DNA from: Myxococcota bacterium
GTDB taxonomy: Bacteria; Myxococcota_A; SURF-8
Direction of reading: 5' to 3'
Length of the DNA stretch: 64,000 nt
Assembly: GCA_965140415.1 (NCBI GenBank)
Contig: OZ223209.1
Location: forward strand, 2,496,001-2,560,000
Numbering within the stretch: the stretch's first letter is position 1; each line of letters begins with the position of its first letter. Positions 10,283-20,025 of this stretch are shown piece after piece. The notes under the pieces are model-generated. The model was not told where the DNA came from, ran no database searches, and saw only the letters and a program-made list of their open reading frames with translations. The translations under genes and the position numbers were made by a program.

Positions 10283-10519
10283 TTCCTGCTCCTGTTCGTT
10301 GACGACTGCTTCTCCGCATGAAAAGGCGGTCAGAGCAAAACCACTGTACCGATTGCGCAGAGATCCTGTCAAGGGTATCCAACCAAGATGAATGGAAATT
10401 ATTATGAAATCAGGTTGTTGTTCCGATTTCTGTCGCTTGGCGTGATGCTGCCGCTTGTGCGGATGGGGTGCATGGTTTAGGATGATGCTTGATAATCAGA
10501 TTATTGATAAGGCATTGCA

Positions 10520-12415
10520 ATGAATTTCGATTTAAAGGATCGAGTTGTTTTAATGACCGGGGCAACCGGTGGGTTGGGGCGGGAACTGACTCGCCTGCTT
10601 CACGAGCGAGGGGCGCGGTTGGTGCTGACGGGACGTCATTATGACGCTTTGCTTGAATTGATCGAATCTCTACCTGACCCGACAAGGGCGAAGGCTCTCG
10701 ATGCGGATTTGACGAAACCGGGAGCAGGTGAGCGTCTGGCTGCTCTCGCAATGGAAGCCTATGGGCAGATCGACGTGCTGGTGAATAACGCCGGGATGGG
10801 TTATTTCGCCACGATGGAGCAGGCGACGGAGGAGCGCATTCGGCAGGTATTCGAGTTGAATATGTTTACTCCGTTGCTGTTGTCAAAGGTTTTGCTACCT
10901 CACATGACAGAGAAGGGGGAAGGGCGTATTGTAAACATCGTTTCAAGCGCCGGGCGAGTTCCGATTCCGACGGTGGGCGTGTACGGTGGCAGCAAATCAG
11001 CGCTGGCAATTATGGCCAATACGATGAGGCTGGAGTTGCAGTCCGGTCCGGTCAAGGTCATCAATATCTATCCGGGGACCGTACAAACGGCTTTTGAAAA
11101 GAACGCATTACGAGAGGAAACCCGCAGTGGCCTTTCGGTAAACGCCAGCTCGGGGCGTCCACCGGAAGTGGCGGCGGCTTTGATCGTGGATGGCATTTGC
11201 GGAGAAGCGGGGGAACTCTGGCTGGAACGGGAAGGGCGTTGGATGGCCGGGGCTGCGATCTTGTGGCCATCGCTTGTAGAGCGCCGACTGGCTCCGCTGG
11301 CGAAGAGGGTTTTAACACCTGCCGATGAACCGAAAGCGCCGGAATTGCGACGCTGGAAACTGTGGCAGGTGGAAAGCAGCTTCGCTTGCAATCTGCAATG
11401 TGTCATGTGTCCGTGGCAGCAGATGCGCCTTGAATTGGGCGATTCCGGGTTGATGTCGGATGAAATATGGCAGGCGGTAGAAGCGCAATTGCCGGAAATT
11501 CAGTCTATCGACTTTTCCGGTGGCGGGGAACCGTTGTTGTTGCCCAATCTGGCCGAGCGAATTTCCCAGGCCAAGGCTGCGGGCTGTGAAGCGGGTTTTC
11601 TGACCAATGGTAGTTTGTTGAATGAAAAACGGGCGCGGGAGATGCTGGAAGCGGGTGTGGACTGGATTTCCTTCAGCCTTGACGGGGCGGATCGGGAAAC
11701 TTACGAGTCGATACGGAAAGGCGCAAACTTTAACCGGGTGACGGAGAATATTCTTAGAATGAGCCGCCTGCGGGTCGGACGCAGTCCGCGTATCGCGATC
11801 CAGTTCGTGATTATGAAAAGCAATATGCATCAGTTGGACGAGATCGTGCAGTTGGCCAAACGCCTTGGCGTCGAGCAGGTGACATTCAAGCAATGCGATG
11901 TGATTCGCGGTCAATATGGAGATCAACTCGGTGTGTTCGATATTCGCGAAACGGACCAGCTCAAGCGATTGAACAAGGCATTGATGAGAGCGCGCAAGCG
12001 GGCGCGTCGGTTGGGTATCGAAACGGCGGCGTTTTCCTTTACTCCCGATGAACAATCGGTCTGCGATCAGGACCCGCGCCGTTCCTGGTTCGTTCGCTAT
12101 GATGGCTTTGTTGCGCCCTGTATCAACTTGGCCTATGGTGGAGAAACGAGCTTTTTAGGGGAATCGGCCATGATGCCAACCGTGCATTACGGTCGCTTGC
12201 CCGATGATTCGGCTTTGAAGCTGTGGGAGTCGGAACGAAGTCTGCTGTACCGGGAGCGTTTCGAGAAGAGAGTGAAGATATACGATCAGAAACTGGTGGA
12301 CGCCGGATTCGAAACCTCGTTACATCGATTGGAAGAAGCCTTCGAGAAAGCTCGGGCTGCGATGCCCGAACCTCCCGAAGGCTGCCGGTTCTGTCATTAT
12401 CTTTACGATATCTGA
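10520..12415 (+). CDS. SDR oxidoreductase-radical SAM/SPASM(twitch) fusion protein
   Basis: N-half TGATGGLG, NNAG, VSS, YGGSK; C-half CNLQCVMC, SGGGEP, TNG, SLDG, C..P...DG.V.PC and terminal CRFC, all in one frame. Confidence 0.85.
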   Translation: MNFDLKDRVVLMTGATGGLGRELTRLLHERGARLVLTGRHYDALLELIESLPDPTRAKALDADLTKPGAGERLAALAMEAYGQIDVLVNNAGMGYFATMEQATEERIRQVFELNMFTPLLLSKVLLPHMTEKGEGRIVNIVSSAGRVPIPTVGVYGGSKSALAIMANTMRLELQSGPVKVINIYPGTVQTAFEKNALREETRSGLSVNASSGRPPEVAAALIVDGICGEAGELWLEREGRWMAGAAILWPSLVERRLAPLAKRVLTPADEPKAPELRRWKLWQVESSFACNLQCVMCPWQQMRLELGDSGLMSDEIWQAVEAQLPEIQSIDFSGGGEPLLLPNLAERISQAKAAGCEAGFLTNGSLLNEKRAREMLEAGVDWISFSLDGADRETYESIRKGANFNRVTENILRMSRLRVGRSPRIAIQFVIMKSNMHQLDEIVQLAKRLGVEQVTFKQCDVIRGQYGDQLGVFDIRETDQLKRLNKALMRARKRARRLGIETAAFSFTPDEQSVCDQDPRRSWFVRYDGFVAPCINLAYGGETSFLGESAMMPTVHYGRLPDDSALKLWESERSLLYRERFEKRVKIYDQKLVDAGFETSLHRLEEAFEKARAAMPEPPEGCRFCHYLYDI

Positions 12416-12418
12416 TCG

Positions 12419-14662
12419 TTACTCTGCTGGTGGAATGTCACTTTTCGTTTGCGGCTCTTCGGACGCTTCTACCGGTTGCGTTGATTTCTGCTTGGATTCG
12501 GTCAGAGCCGGATCGCCTACAATCGAAAACATGAACAGAAACTTGTCGATGTATTCTTTGGTGACATCCGTTTTGCTCTTGCCCTGGCCATGTCCCGCTC
12601 TGCGATCCAGGTGCATCAGAATCGGCTGATCCGATGCATTGGCTGCTTGCAGCGCCGCCGTGAATTTAGCGGTATGCACCCAGTGGACGCGATTGTCCGT
12701 ATCGGCGGTATGACCGAAAAAGGCGGGATAGCGCACGCCGGGAACGATTTGATGATAGGGGGAATAGCCCCACAGGTAGCCGGTGTCTTCCGGTAGGTCT
12801 GCGTTTCCGTATTCGGGAATCCACAGTTCACCCGGCGGATACTTGTGATAGCGCACCATGTCGTACAGTCCGACCGAACTGACACCGGCGGCAAATAGAT
12901 AGGGAACGGAGGTCATCATCGCACCGACTAAGAGCCCGCCGTTGGAGCCGCCTTCGATGACCAGTTTCTCGGGGCTGGTCATGCCGTTTTGAATCAGATA
13001 ACGCATGGCATATTCGAAATCCTTGAAGACCTGGAACTTTTTGCCTTTCATGCCGGCCTGGTGCCAGGCTTCTCCGTATTCGCCGCCACCACGGATGTTG
13101 GCTACGGCGTACACTCCGCCGCGTTCGATCCAACTCATGACGCGCCGCGAGAAGTAGGGCGACATGTTCACCTGGAAACCGCCGTATCCGTAAAGCAACG
13201 CAGGACGATCCGGGCTTGGGGTAATGTCCTTGCGGTGAACCAGGAAGAGATTGATCATGCTGCCGTCGTAGGAAGGATACTGCAATTGCTGTGCGACATA
13301 TTCGCCGGGGTCGAAGGAAGTTTTTACCGAAACCAGTTGCTTTGGCTGCAATTGCTGCACGGCTTGAGCAGCATACAGGGTCGTCGGGTAGAAGAACGAA
13401 TTGAAAACGAAACAGAAACGATCTGTGTCGGTTTCCAGATCCGCACTCGTCACCATCCCGACCGTAGGCAGTTGCAGTTCGCCGCTTGCTTTGCCTTTCA
13501 GCGTGTAAAAGCGCAAGTGGTTGGAGACGTTTTCCAGGGTTTGCAGCATCATATACTGTTTGCCGATCAGGAAGCCTTCGATGGGCCATTTCCCCTCGGC
13601 AACGATGGTTTTCCAATGCTTGGGTTTGGGGCGCTTACGGGAAAACGTGACCATGCGACCATTGGGCGCGTCGAGATTGGTGAGTGTATAAATGGTGTTA
13701 CCGATCATTTCCAAACCGCGAAGCGTTGCGCCGAGATCGAGGAACAATGTTTTCGTTTTCTTGGTTTTCGTGTCGTACAAGTACAGATCGGTGTTGGTCC
13801 AGCCACGATCTTCGGTGATCAGCAGGTAACGACCGTTTCTGGACAGCTTCAGGCTGGTCCAGTCGGAATGCTGGCGTTTTTTCCCGAAGATCAACGGATC
13901 GTTGTTCCAGTCCTGGCCGAGTTTGTGGAAATAGGCTTTACGATTGTAACGGTCGCCGGAAGGATAGCGCGTGTAATAGAAGCCGCTGTTGTCTGCAAGC
14001 CAGGCGATGGAGGAATAGCGGGCTTCGGGGATGGCTTCCGTCAGCGTTTTCCCGCTGACAACATCGATGACATACAGTGTACTGTTTTCGCTGCCATCCT
14101 TGGAAAGACCGTAGGCAACCAGTTTGCCGTCTTTTGACGGCGTGAACCAGTCCAGCGCCGTTTTGAATTCCGGGTCCAGCGTATTGGGATTCACAAGGAT
14201 GCGTTCCACGTCGTTTTCCATCACGAACAGGGCGGATTGCTCCATGTCGTCGCCATCGCGCTTGGTGTAAAATGTTCGTCCGCCCGCGAGACTGACTTCT
14301 CCCACGTAGCCGATATCGAAAAACTCCTGAACTTTTTCCTGTAGACCATCGAAATGCTGACGGTCAAGGTAAGCGCGCGTAAGGGCGTTTTGTTGCTCCA
14401 CCCATTCCTGGGCAGCGCCTTCCGTTTCCATCCATCGGTAGGGATCGTGGATGGTGTAGCCGTTTAGGCTTTCTGTTACATCTTCCGTTTTGGCAGGAGG
14501 ATAGTTCAGAGCAGCAGAGGCGTTTGTGTCTTGCTGGGTTGGACATGGAGAAACGGTGGCCGATGCATCATTCTGCTCAACCTTTCCTGCATGTGCGCAG
14601 CCTGTAAAGATCACAGTCAGGCTGAGAATGAAGAAGAAGCATTTCATTCCGATTGTTTTCAT
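12419..14662 (-). CDS. Prolyl oligopeptidase (S9A), lipoprotein
   Basis: Lipobox IFTGC; DPYRWME, YGYGGF, NIRGGGEYG, GGSNGG, DNRV, AGHG. Confidence 0.93.
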   Translation of the reverse strand: MKTIGMKCFFFILSLTVIFTGCAHAGKVEQNDASATVSPCPTQQDTNASAALNYPPAKTEDVTESLNGYTIHDPYRWMETEGAAQEWVEQQNALTRAYLDRQHFDGLQEKVQEFFDIGYVGEVSLAGGRTFYTKRDGDDMEQSALFVMENDVERILVNPNTLDPEFKTALDWFTPSKDGKLVAYGLSKDGSENSTLYVIDVVSGKTLTEAIPEARYSSIAWLADNSGFYYTRYPSGDRYNRKAYFHKLGQDWNNDPLIFGKKRQHSDWTSLKLSRNGRYLLITEDRGWTNTDLYLYDTKTKKTKTLFLDLGATLRGLEMIGNTIYTLTNLDAPNGRMVTFSRKRPKPKHWKTIVAEGKWPIEGFLIGKQYMMLQTLENVSNHLRFYTLKGKASGELQLPTVGMVTSADLETDTDRFCFVFNSFFYPTTLYAAQAVQQLQPKQLVSVKTSFDPGEYVAQQLQYPSYDGSMINLFLVHRKDITPSPDRPALLYGYGGFQVNMSPYFSRRVMSWIERGGVYAVANIRGGGEYGEAWHQAGMKGKKFQVFKDFEYAMRYLIQNGMTSPEKLVIEGGSNGGLLVGAMMTSVPYLFAAGVSSVGLYDMVRYHKYPPGELWIPEYGNADLPEDTGYLWGYSPYHQIVPGVRYPAFFGHTADTDNRVHWVHTAKFTAALQAANASDQPILMHLDRRAGHGQGKSKTDVTKEYIDKFLFMFSIVGDPALTESKQKSTQPVEASEEPQTKSDIPPAE

Positions 14663-14829
14663 TCCGCTAATTCCTTTCCATTCGGTCTATCGTACCAATG
14701 TGACAGTCATAGTCGTCCTGCATCCTAATCCCTCTCATGCTCTGGTGCAAGTCGTTTAGAGCATCATTTCGCACGATGAGGCAATCCGTTGAATCGGTAG
14801 AACTTTTTGCCTTTAGTAAAAATTTGGGC

Positions 14830-14858
14830 TTGTCGTTTGATGCCGCTCGGTGTATAAG
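14830..14858 (+). promoter_or_regulatory. Putative sigma70 promoter of the glp operon
   Basis: TTGTCG-N17-TATAAG. Confidence 0.3.
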
Positions 14859-14997
14859 GGCTTCCGTGTTGCCCGGATGGGGTGATTTCTTGTGCGATTC
14901 AGTGCTTTTCCGTAGTGGAAAAAGCTCTGCCAGTCCAACTGGTTGAATCGAAACGAAACAGGTTAGAAGCGACTGAAAAGAGTGAAAGCCTGGTGTA

Positions 14998-16662
14998 ATG
15001 CCTGAGAAGCTGGATGCTATCGTTATCGGAGGGGGAATCAACGGATGCGGGGTCGCGCGCGATCTGGCGTTAAGAGGCCTCTCCGTTATGCTGGTGGACA
15101 AGGGTGACTTGTCCATGGGTACCAGTTGGGCCAGTTCCGGCATGATTCACGGCGGTGTGCGTTACCTGCTTTCCGATGTGAGAACGACAAAGAAATCCTG
15201 TAAGGATTCCGGCTACATTCAGAAAATCGCGCCTCACCTGATTTTTCGGATTCCTCTGTTGATGCCGCTCTTAAAGGAAGACGGCATCACCGGTCGCATC
15301 AAATTCGAAGGTGCAAACGCCCTGTTCTCGCTATATGACCGCTTTCAGCCTTTAAAAGGCGGCAAGCCGCATGTACGGCTGACGCGCGACGAAGTCCGGC
15401 GGGTTGAACCGTTGTTGACGCCCGATGCAATCGGGGGTGTTACCACGGACGAGTGGGGCATCGATGTTCCCCGCTTGTGCATCGCCAATGCCCTGGATGC
15501 GGTGGAGCACGATGCAAAGGTGAAAACCTGGACCAAAGTGACGAGTCTCGTGATCTCCGATGGAAGAGTTCGCGGCATCCGCACGCAGGATGAACTGACC
15601 GGAAAAGTCGAAGAAATTCTGGCGGATATCGTTGTCAACTGCGCGGGTCCATGGGTGCCGAAAATTGCAGAGATGGCGGGGCAAAAGGTTCGCCTGCGTC
15701 CAGCCAAAGGCGTTCATCTGGTTCTGGATCGCCGAATTTCGAACATCGGTGTAATTGCCGATGCGGTTGATGGACGCGGCGTTTTTGTGATTCCGCATGA
15801 AAATGTTTCGTTGATCGGAACGACAGACGACGATTTCTACGGTGATCTCGACGATCTGTCCGTAACCGAGGATGAAATCGAATACCTGTTCCAGGCGGTG
15901 GAACGCAGCTTGCCTCGTATTCGAGAGGCGCGCGTTATCAAAACCATAGCCGGGATTCGCCCGACGCTGTTCGAACGCGCCAAGTACGAAGACGATCTTA
16001 CCCGCGATCACCGTGTCGTGGATCATCAGGTCGATGGCGATATGGCGGGTTTCGTAACGCTGGCTGGCGGCAAATTGGCGGCTTACCGGGTAATGGCGGA
16101 ACAAACTGCCGATCTGGTGTGTCATAAGCTGGGTAAAGGGGCTCAGTGCAAAACGCATGTGGAACCGTTGCCCGGTGGTGATCGGACGCCGGATATCGAG
16201 GAATTATCTCGACGCTACGGAATGGACCCGCTGGCAGTGCGTCGTTTGGTTTTCAGGCAGGGCAGCCGTGCCGAGCAGGTTTTGGAATTGATACGGGATA
16301 ATCCATCCTATGCCGGATTTGTCTGCAACTGTGATCCGATTATCGAAGCGGAGTTGCGGTATGTGATTCGAAATGAAATGGTGCGCCGTGCGGTCGATCT
16401 GATCGGGCGCTGTCACCTGGCAGAGGGTCCCTGTCAAGGGCTTGAATGCGGCGTGCAGGCGGCGATCATTTTCGGAGAAGAACGTGGATTGTCCCCGCAA
16501 GAAACGGCACAAGAAGCTTTTACGCTATTGCAGGAAAAATGGCGATGGCGCAGAAATATTCTGTCTGGAGTTCAATTAGCAGGCGAAGAATTATATCGCA
16601 TGATCTATCAGCAAGTTGTCAACTGGAATTCTTGGATTCGTGATCGTGAGGAGGTTTTCTAA
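14998..16662 (+). CDS. glpA: Anaerobic glycerol-3-phosphate dehydrogenase subunit A
   Basis: GGGING..ARDLA.RG, GTS..SSGMIHGG.RYL, AKGVH, GGKL and a C-terminal BFD-like CNC...GPCQG..C. Confidence 0.9.
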   Translation: MPEKLDAIVIGGGINGCGVARDLALRGLSVMLVDKGDLSMGTSWASSGMIHGGVRYLLSDVRTTKKSCKDSGYIQKIAPHLIFRIPLLMPLLKEDGITGRIKFEGANALFSLYDRFQPLKGGKPHVRLTRDEVRRVEPLLTPDAIGGVTTDEWGIDVPRLCIANALDAVEHDAKVKTWTKVTSLVISDGRVRGIRTQDELTGKVEEILADIVVNCAGPWVPKIAEMAGQKVRLRPAKGVHLVLDRRISNIGVIADAVDGRGVFVIPHENVSLIGTTDDDFYGDLDDLSVTEDEIEYLFQAVERSLPRIREARVIKTIAGIRPTLFERAKYEDDLTRDHRVVDHQVDGDMAGFVTLAGGKLAAYRVMAEQTADLVCHKLGKGAQCKTHVEPLPGGDRTPDIEELSRRYGMDPLAVRRLVFRQGSRAEQVLELIRDNPSYAGFVCNCDPIIEAELRYVIRNEMVRRAVDLIGRCHLAEGPCQGLECGVQAAIIFGEERGLSPQETAQEAFTLLQEKWRWRRNILSGVQLAGEELYRMIYQQVVNWNSWIRDREEVF

Positions 16663-17957
16663 TGGCGGGTCGTGTGCTCGTTATTGGTAGAGGTCTTGCC
16701 GGTTCCATGGCGGCTCTTGCCGCAAAGAAGGCAGGTGCGGATGTACAAGTGATCGCACAGGCGCTGGGACGAACGGCTCTATCAAGTGGGATGATCAACC
16801 TGGCCGGTACGGTCAGTGAAGGCAGAGGCTTTGAGCCGTTGTCGCTAAGGCAAGCCGTGTTGAGTTTGTATACACAGAATCAGCATCATCCGTATCGGGG
16901 ATTCGAAAATCCCTATGAAGCGATTCAACAGGGAGTGAAGGCTTTATTGGAAGTCGCTCCAGGGCTGTATCCTTCATCATTCGATGCAAAAGCGTTTCCG
17001 GCGGCCTATCCCGGTGAACTCGGTTCTGCGATGTGGTCTTATCTCGCTCCGAACGCCGTGGCAAAGCTGGAAGACAAAATGAGCGTCGGTGTGGTCGCGA
17101 TAAGCGGCTATTCCCGCTACCGAGCGGATTTCCTGGCAAGCGCCTGGGCGGAGCAGGAAGAGGAATTCGGGAAAGGAATCAAGTATTCCATTCTGGACGT
17201 CACTTTCGATCAGGGTGGCCAGATATTCTATCAGTCCGGACAGATGGCGAGATATCTGGATCACGATGAACATTTGGAATTGCTGGCCGAACGAGTTAAA
17301 GGGGAAATGGGTTCTTCCACTTACGATCTGCTGATTTTCCCGCCGGCTCTGGGACTTGAAAAATTGGATCGAGTGGAACGTTTGTCCTCGCTATTGGGAG
17401 TGCCTTGCCGCGAGTCCGTGGCCACCCATGCCAGCGTTCCGGGAGCGCGTCTCTCCAATTTACTGGGCCAGGCGCTTAAGGCAGCAGAAATTCCAATAGA
17501 GCAGGGGACCGTGAGCGAGTGTCGCATGGGCTCGGATGGCATCGAAGCGGTGACGATGAAAGGTGAGAACGACGAGGAGATGGTCTATGAAGCGGATGCA
17601 TTCGTGCTCGCTTCGGGAAAATTCCTTGGCGGTGGCATTCGCTCAGAAGGTAAAACCTTTGTTGAACCGATTTTCAATTTGCCGGTGTTTCTTGGAAATC
17701 ACCAAGTCGATGAATTGTACATCGGACGTCTGACCGAGGCGGATTTCTCTGCGGCGCAGCGCTTTGTCAAACTGGGCGTGCGCGTCAACGATCAGGGATT
17801 GGCGCTGGGCGAGGAAAATCTGCAACGCTGGGACAACCTGTTTGCAGCCGGTCATGTTCTGGGTGGCTTCGATCCATTCCTGGATGGCAGTGCTGAAGGC
17901 GTGGACCTGATCACCGGTATCCGAGCGGGACAAAAGGCGGCGGAGTTTGCGGTATGA
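16662..17957 (+). CDS. glpB: Anaerobic glycerol-3-phosphate dehydrogenase subunit B
   Basis: GRGLAG, SSG.I.L, SVPG.RL, LASGKFLGGG, NLFAAG; overlaps the glpA stop. Confidence 0.85.
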   Translation: MAGRVLVIGRGLAGSMAALAAKKAGADVQVIAQALGRTALSSGMINLAGTVSEGRGFEPLSLRQAVLSLYTQNQHHPYRGFENPYEAIQQGVKALLEVAPGLYPSSFDAKAFPAAYPGELGSAMWSYLAPNAVAKLEDKMSVGVVAISGYSRYRADFLASAWAEQEEEFGKGIKYSILDVTFDQGGQIFYQSGQMARYLDHDEHLELLAERVKGEMGSSTYDLLIFPPALGLEKLDRVERLSSLLGVPCRESVATHASVPGARLSNLLGQALKAAEIPIEQGTVSECRMGSDGIEAVTMKGENDEEMVYEADAFVLASGKFLGGGIRSEGKTFVEPIFNLPVFLGNHQVDELYIGRLTEADFSAAQRFVKLGVRVNDQGLALGEENLQRWDNLFAAGHVLGGFDPFLDGSAEGVDLITGIRAGQKAAEFAV

Positions 17958-18400
17958 AAAAAGCCTACGCAGTCGCTTTATTGGGGATCTTTCTCATCCG
18001 ACATTTCGTCGTGTTGTTCCTCAATGCGTTGCGATCGCGTTTAGGCTCGTTTAAACCTGAAGATGGGGCCGAGACCTTTTTTCGCCAATTCAAAGAGGAT
18101 CATATCTTTCCGATCGCCTCCGAGCAGGCCGGATATTTTACGGATATGAACCACTGCGTTGCATGCGGTTTGTGCGAAACCCTGTGTGAAGAATCTGCCG
18201 AATGGCAAGGCTCCCTATATCGGGGACCGGCCCTGTTGCTGCTGACCCACTCGCGCAGTCGAGTGGATTTCGAATACGCTGAAAGCTATTTCCAGCAATT
18301 CAGGCAGCATCCTTCCAACACAACCTGTTTGCGTCCCTGTCCGACTCGGGTTCCAATCGCCAGAGTCAATCGGGCTGTCGATCATTTTCTTCAGCGATAG
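17954..18400 (+). CDS. Small 4Fe-4S ferredoxin-like protein in the glpC position
   Basis: CVACGLCETLC plus a partial second motif CLRPCP; N-terminal hydrophobic helix; ATGA overlap with glpB. Confidence 0.7.
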   Translation: MKKAYAVALLGIFLIRHFVVLFLNALRSRLGSFKPEDGAETFFRQFKEDHIFPIASEQAGYFTDMNHCVACGLCETLCEESAEWQGSLYRGPALLLLTHSRSRVDFEYAESYFQQFRQHPSNTTCLRPCPTRVPIARVNRAVDHFLQR

Positions 18401-18429
18401 CAGACAACGTCAATTACAAAAGTAGAATG

Positions 18430-19143
18430 TTATTGAGGTGGTTTACGGCGGCGTAAGAGCACATACATGGCTCCCAAGCCGCCGTCTTCATTACGCGCGG
18501 ATGTGAAAGCCAATACCGAGTTGCCGATTGGTCCCCGGCCACGTTCGAACCAGGCGCGAACGCTTTCTTTCAATACCGGGATATTGTCTTTGGAGTTCAG
18601 ACCACGACCGTGAATCAACAGCACGCAACGCAAGCCGTTGACACGTGCGCGGGTTAGAAAATGCTCCAATTCTGTTTTAGCCTCCACGCGCGTCAGACCG
18701 TGCAGATCCAATCTTGCCTGTATCGAATATTCCCCTTGTTTCAGGCGTTTCAATACACCCTTGGGAAGACCGTGGACGCAACCTTCGATGTATTCGTCTG
18801 AGTCCGAAATGTCGAAGGGCAATTCACCATTGACCAGTCGAATCAGTTCTAGCTGGGCTTCGGCTTCCTCATCGACCTGTGGCGGGATGGATGGGCTGGG
18901 CTCTTTCGGAGTAGGGCGCTCCTTGTTCAGGGTCGCTCCTGCCACACTGCGAAGGAACAGCTCGTTTTCATCCAGATCCTCATCGGATTCCCAGGGAGCG
19001 GTTTCTTCTTCTTTAACATCGGTGTTATCGGTTGGTTGCGTTTCTTCGGGAGGCAACTCCAGTTGCTTTAGTGATTTAAACGGGTTGCTGCTGAATTTCT
19101 GCGAAGATTTTGCAGGAGCCTGCTTTTTTTTCTTTTTGGCCAT
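18430..19143 (-). CDS. Smr/MutS2 C-terminal domain protein
   Basis: LDLHG, IHGRG, DGGLGA.YVLL. Confidence 0.9.
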   Translation of the reverse strand: MAKKKKKQAPAKSSQKFSSNPFKSLKQLELPPEETQPTDNTDVKEEETAPWESDEDLDENELFLRSVAGATLNKERPTPKEPSPSIPPQVDEEAEAQLELIRLVNGELPFDISDSDEYIEGCVHGLPKGVLKRLKQGEYSIQARLDLHGLTRVEAKTELEHFLTRARVNGLRCVLLIHGRGLNSKDNIPVLKESVRAWFERGRGPIGNSVLAFTSARNEDGGLGAMYVLLRRRKPPQ

Positions 19144-19188
19144 GATGTCGGTTCCGGTTCAAGCGAATGGGTAGCATGGTGCCGATTG

Positions 19189-19857
19189 TTATTCTTCAGT
19201 ACTTTGTGGGTTCTCGAAGACCAGGCGATACAGGATTTTCTGTTGCAGGTCTTGAAAGACGATCGGCATATGCTTGTACATCTGCTTGAGAAGTTCGGTC
19301 ATCAGTTCCCGGATTTCCCACTGTGCCTGTGGATTCAGGGCGCGACGCATGAAGACATAACGCCACTGCCGCAGGTTGAACGTGGTAACCACTTCCGTTT
19401 TGGTGCAGTTGGGCAAAACGGAGCGGGCGTCTTCAGGAGGAACGCCGGTCTGCAACAGGTCTCGGTAGGCTTTTTCTGCGGTCTCGATATCTTCTTTCCA
19501 CAGGGAGAAAGCCTGCTCGTTATTTCGAATGGTTGGCGGGCAGATCACCTGAATGCCGCCTCTCGAGTAGTCCACTACTCGTTGCGATTCCTGGCTGAAC
19601 GATCCGATGCGATGCCTGACGAGTTGGTGCGAGGCGCTGCGGTCGCAAATGAAACGAGCCGTAATGGAACAATGTTCCAGAATCGATTCGTGACCTTTTT
19701 CGATGATGTTTTTAAGAATGAACTCCTCTGCGGAGTCTTCCGAGATCTCTTCTTCGCTTTTATAACAGGTTCGCCCGTAGCGTTCGATCAATTTGCTATA
19801 TTCCCGAATATGACTTTCCGGGGTTTCTATGCACACCGATGGGGAAATGATCTCCAT
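19189..19857 (-). CDS. thyX: FAD-dependent thymidylate synthase
   Basis: GHESILEH, RHRIGSFSQESQR, EDARSVLP, AQWEIR. Confidence 0.95.
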   Translation of the reverse strand: MEIISPSVCIETPESHIREYSKLIERYGRTCYKSEEEISEDSAEEFILKNIIEKGHESILEHCSITARFICDRSASHQLVRHRIGSFSQESQRVVDYSRGGIQVICPPTIRNNEQAFSLWKEDIETAEKAYRDLLQTGVPPEDARSVLPNCTKTEVVTTFNLRQWRYVFMRRALNPQAQWEIRELMTELLKQMYKHMPIVFQDLQQKILYRLVFENPQSTEE

Positions 19858-20025
19858 GATTCGTCCTGCCTTTATGGTTTGGATCGTGCAACTGTCAACT
19901 CATCCAGCTATAGCATGTCAGTCACTTTACAGGCAAGTGTTTTGGATTGCCGGAGTATTTGCTTGCCAAGCCTGAGCGAATCGGGTAGGTTTCACCCGTA
20001 CCGAAGCAAAATTAACTTGGAGGAC

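Noticed and set aside
12989-14137. 382-aa antisense ORF inside the prolyl oligopeptidase (similar shadows at 5331-6101, 15352-16158, 30057-30926, 43786-44622, 57297-58139 and 58763-59563)
   Set aside because: These lie fully opposite well-supported genes and have no motifs; they are expected from codon bias.
8693-14662. RiPP cluster (two rSAMs, prolyl oligopeptidase, small ORF)
   Set aside because: The genes point in conflicting directions, the peptidase is an exported lipoprotein, and the small ORF is a TM protein tied to yeiH. No precursor-like peptide was seen.
19189-19857. thyX (and the MazG-like gene) as phage markers
   Set aside because: Both sit among ordinary cellular genes with no phage context.
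19186-20025. 5' half of the 580-aa + strand ORF overlapping thyX antisense
   Set aside because: thyX on the minus strand has all family motifs. The + strand protein has a strong GGAGG-ATG at 20026, and the upstream part reads as antisense shadow.
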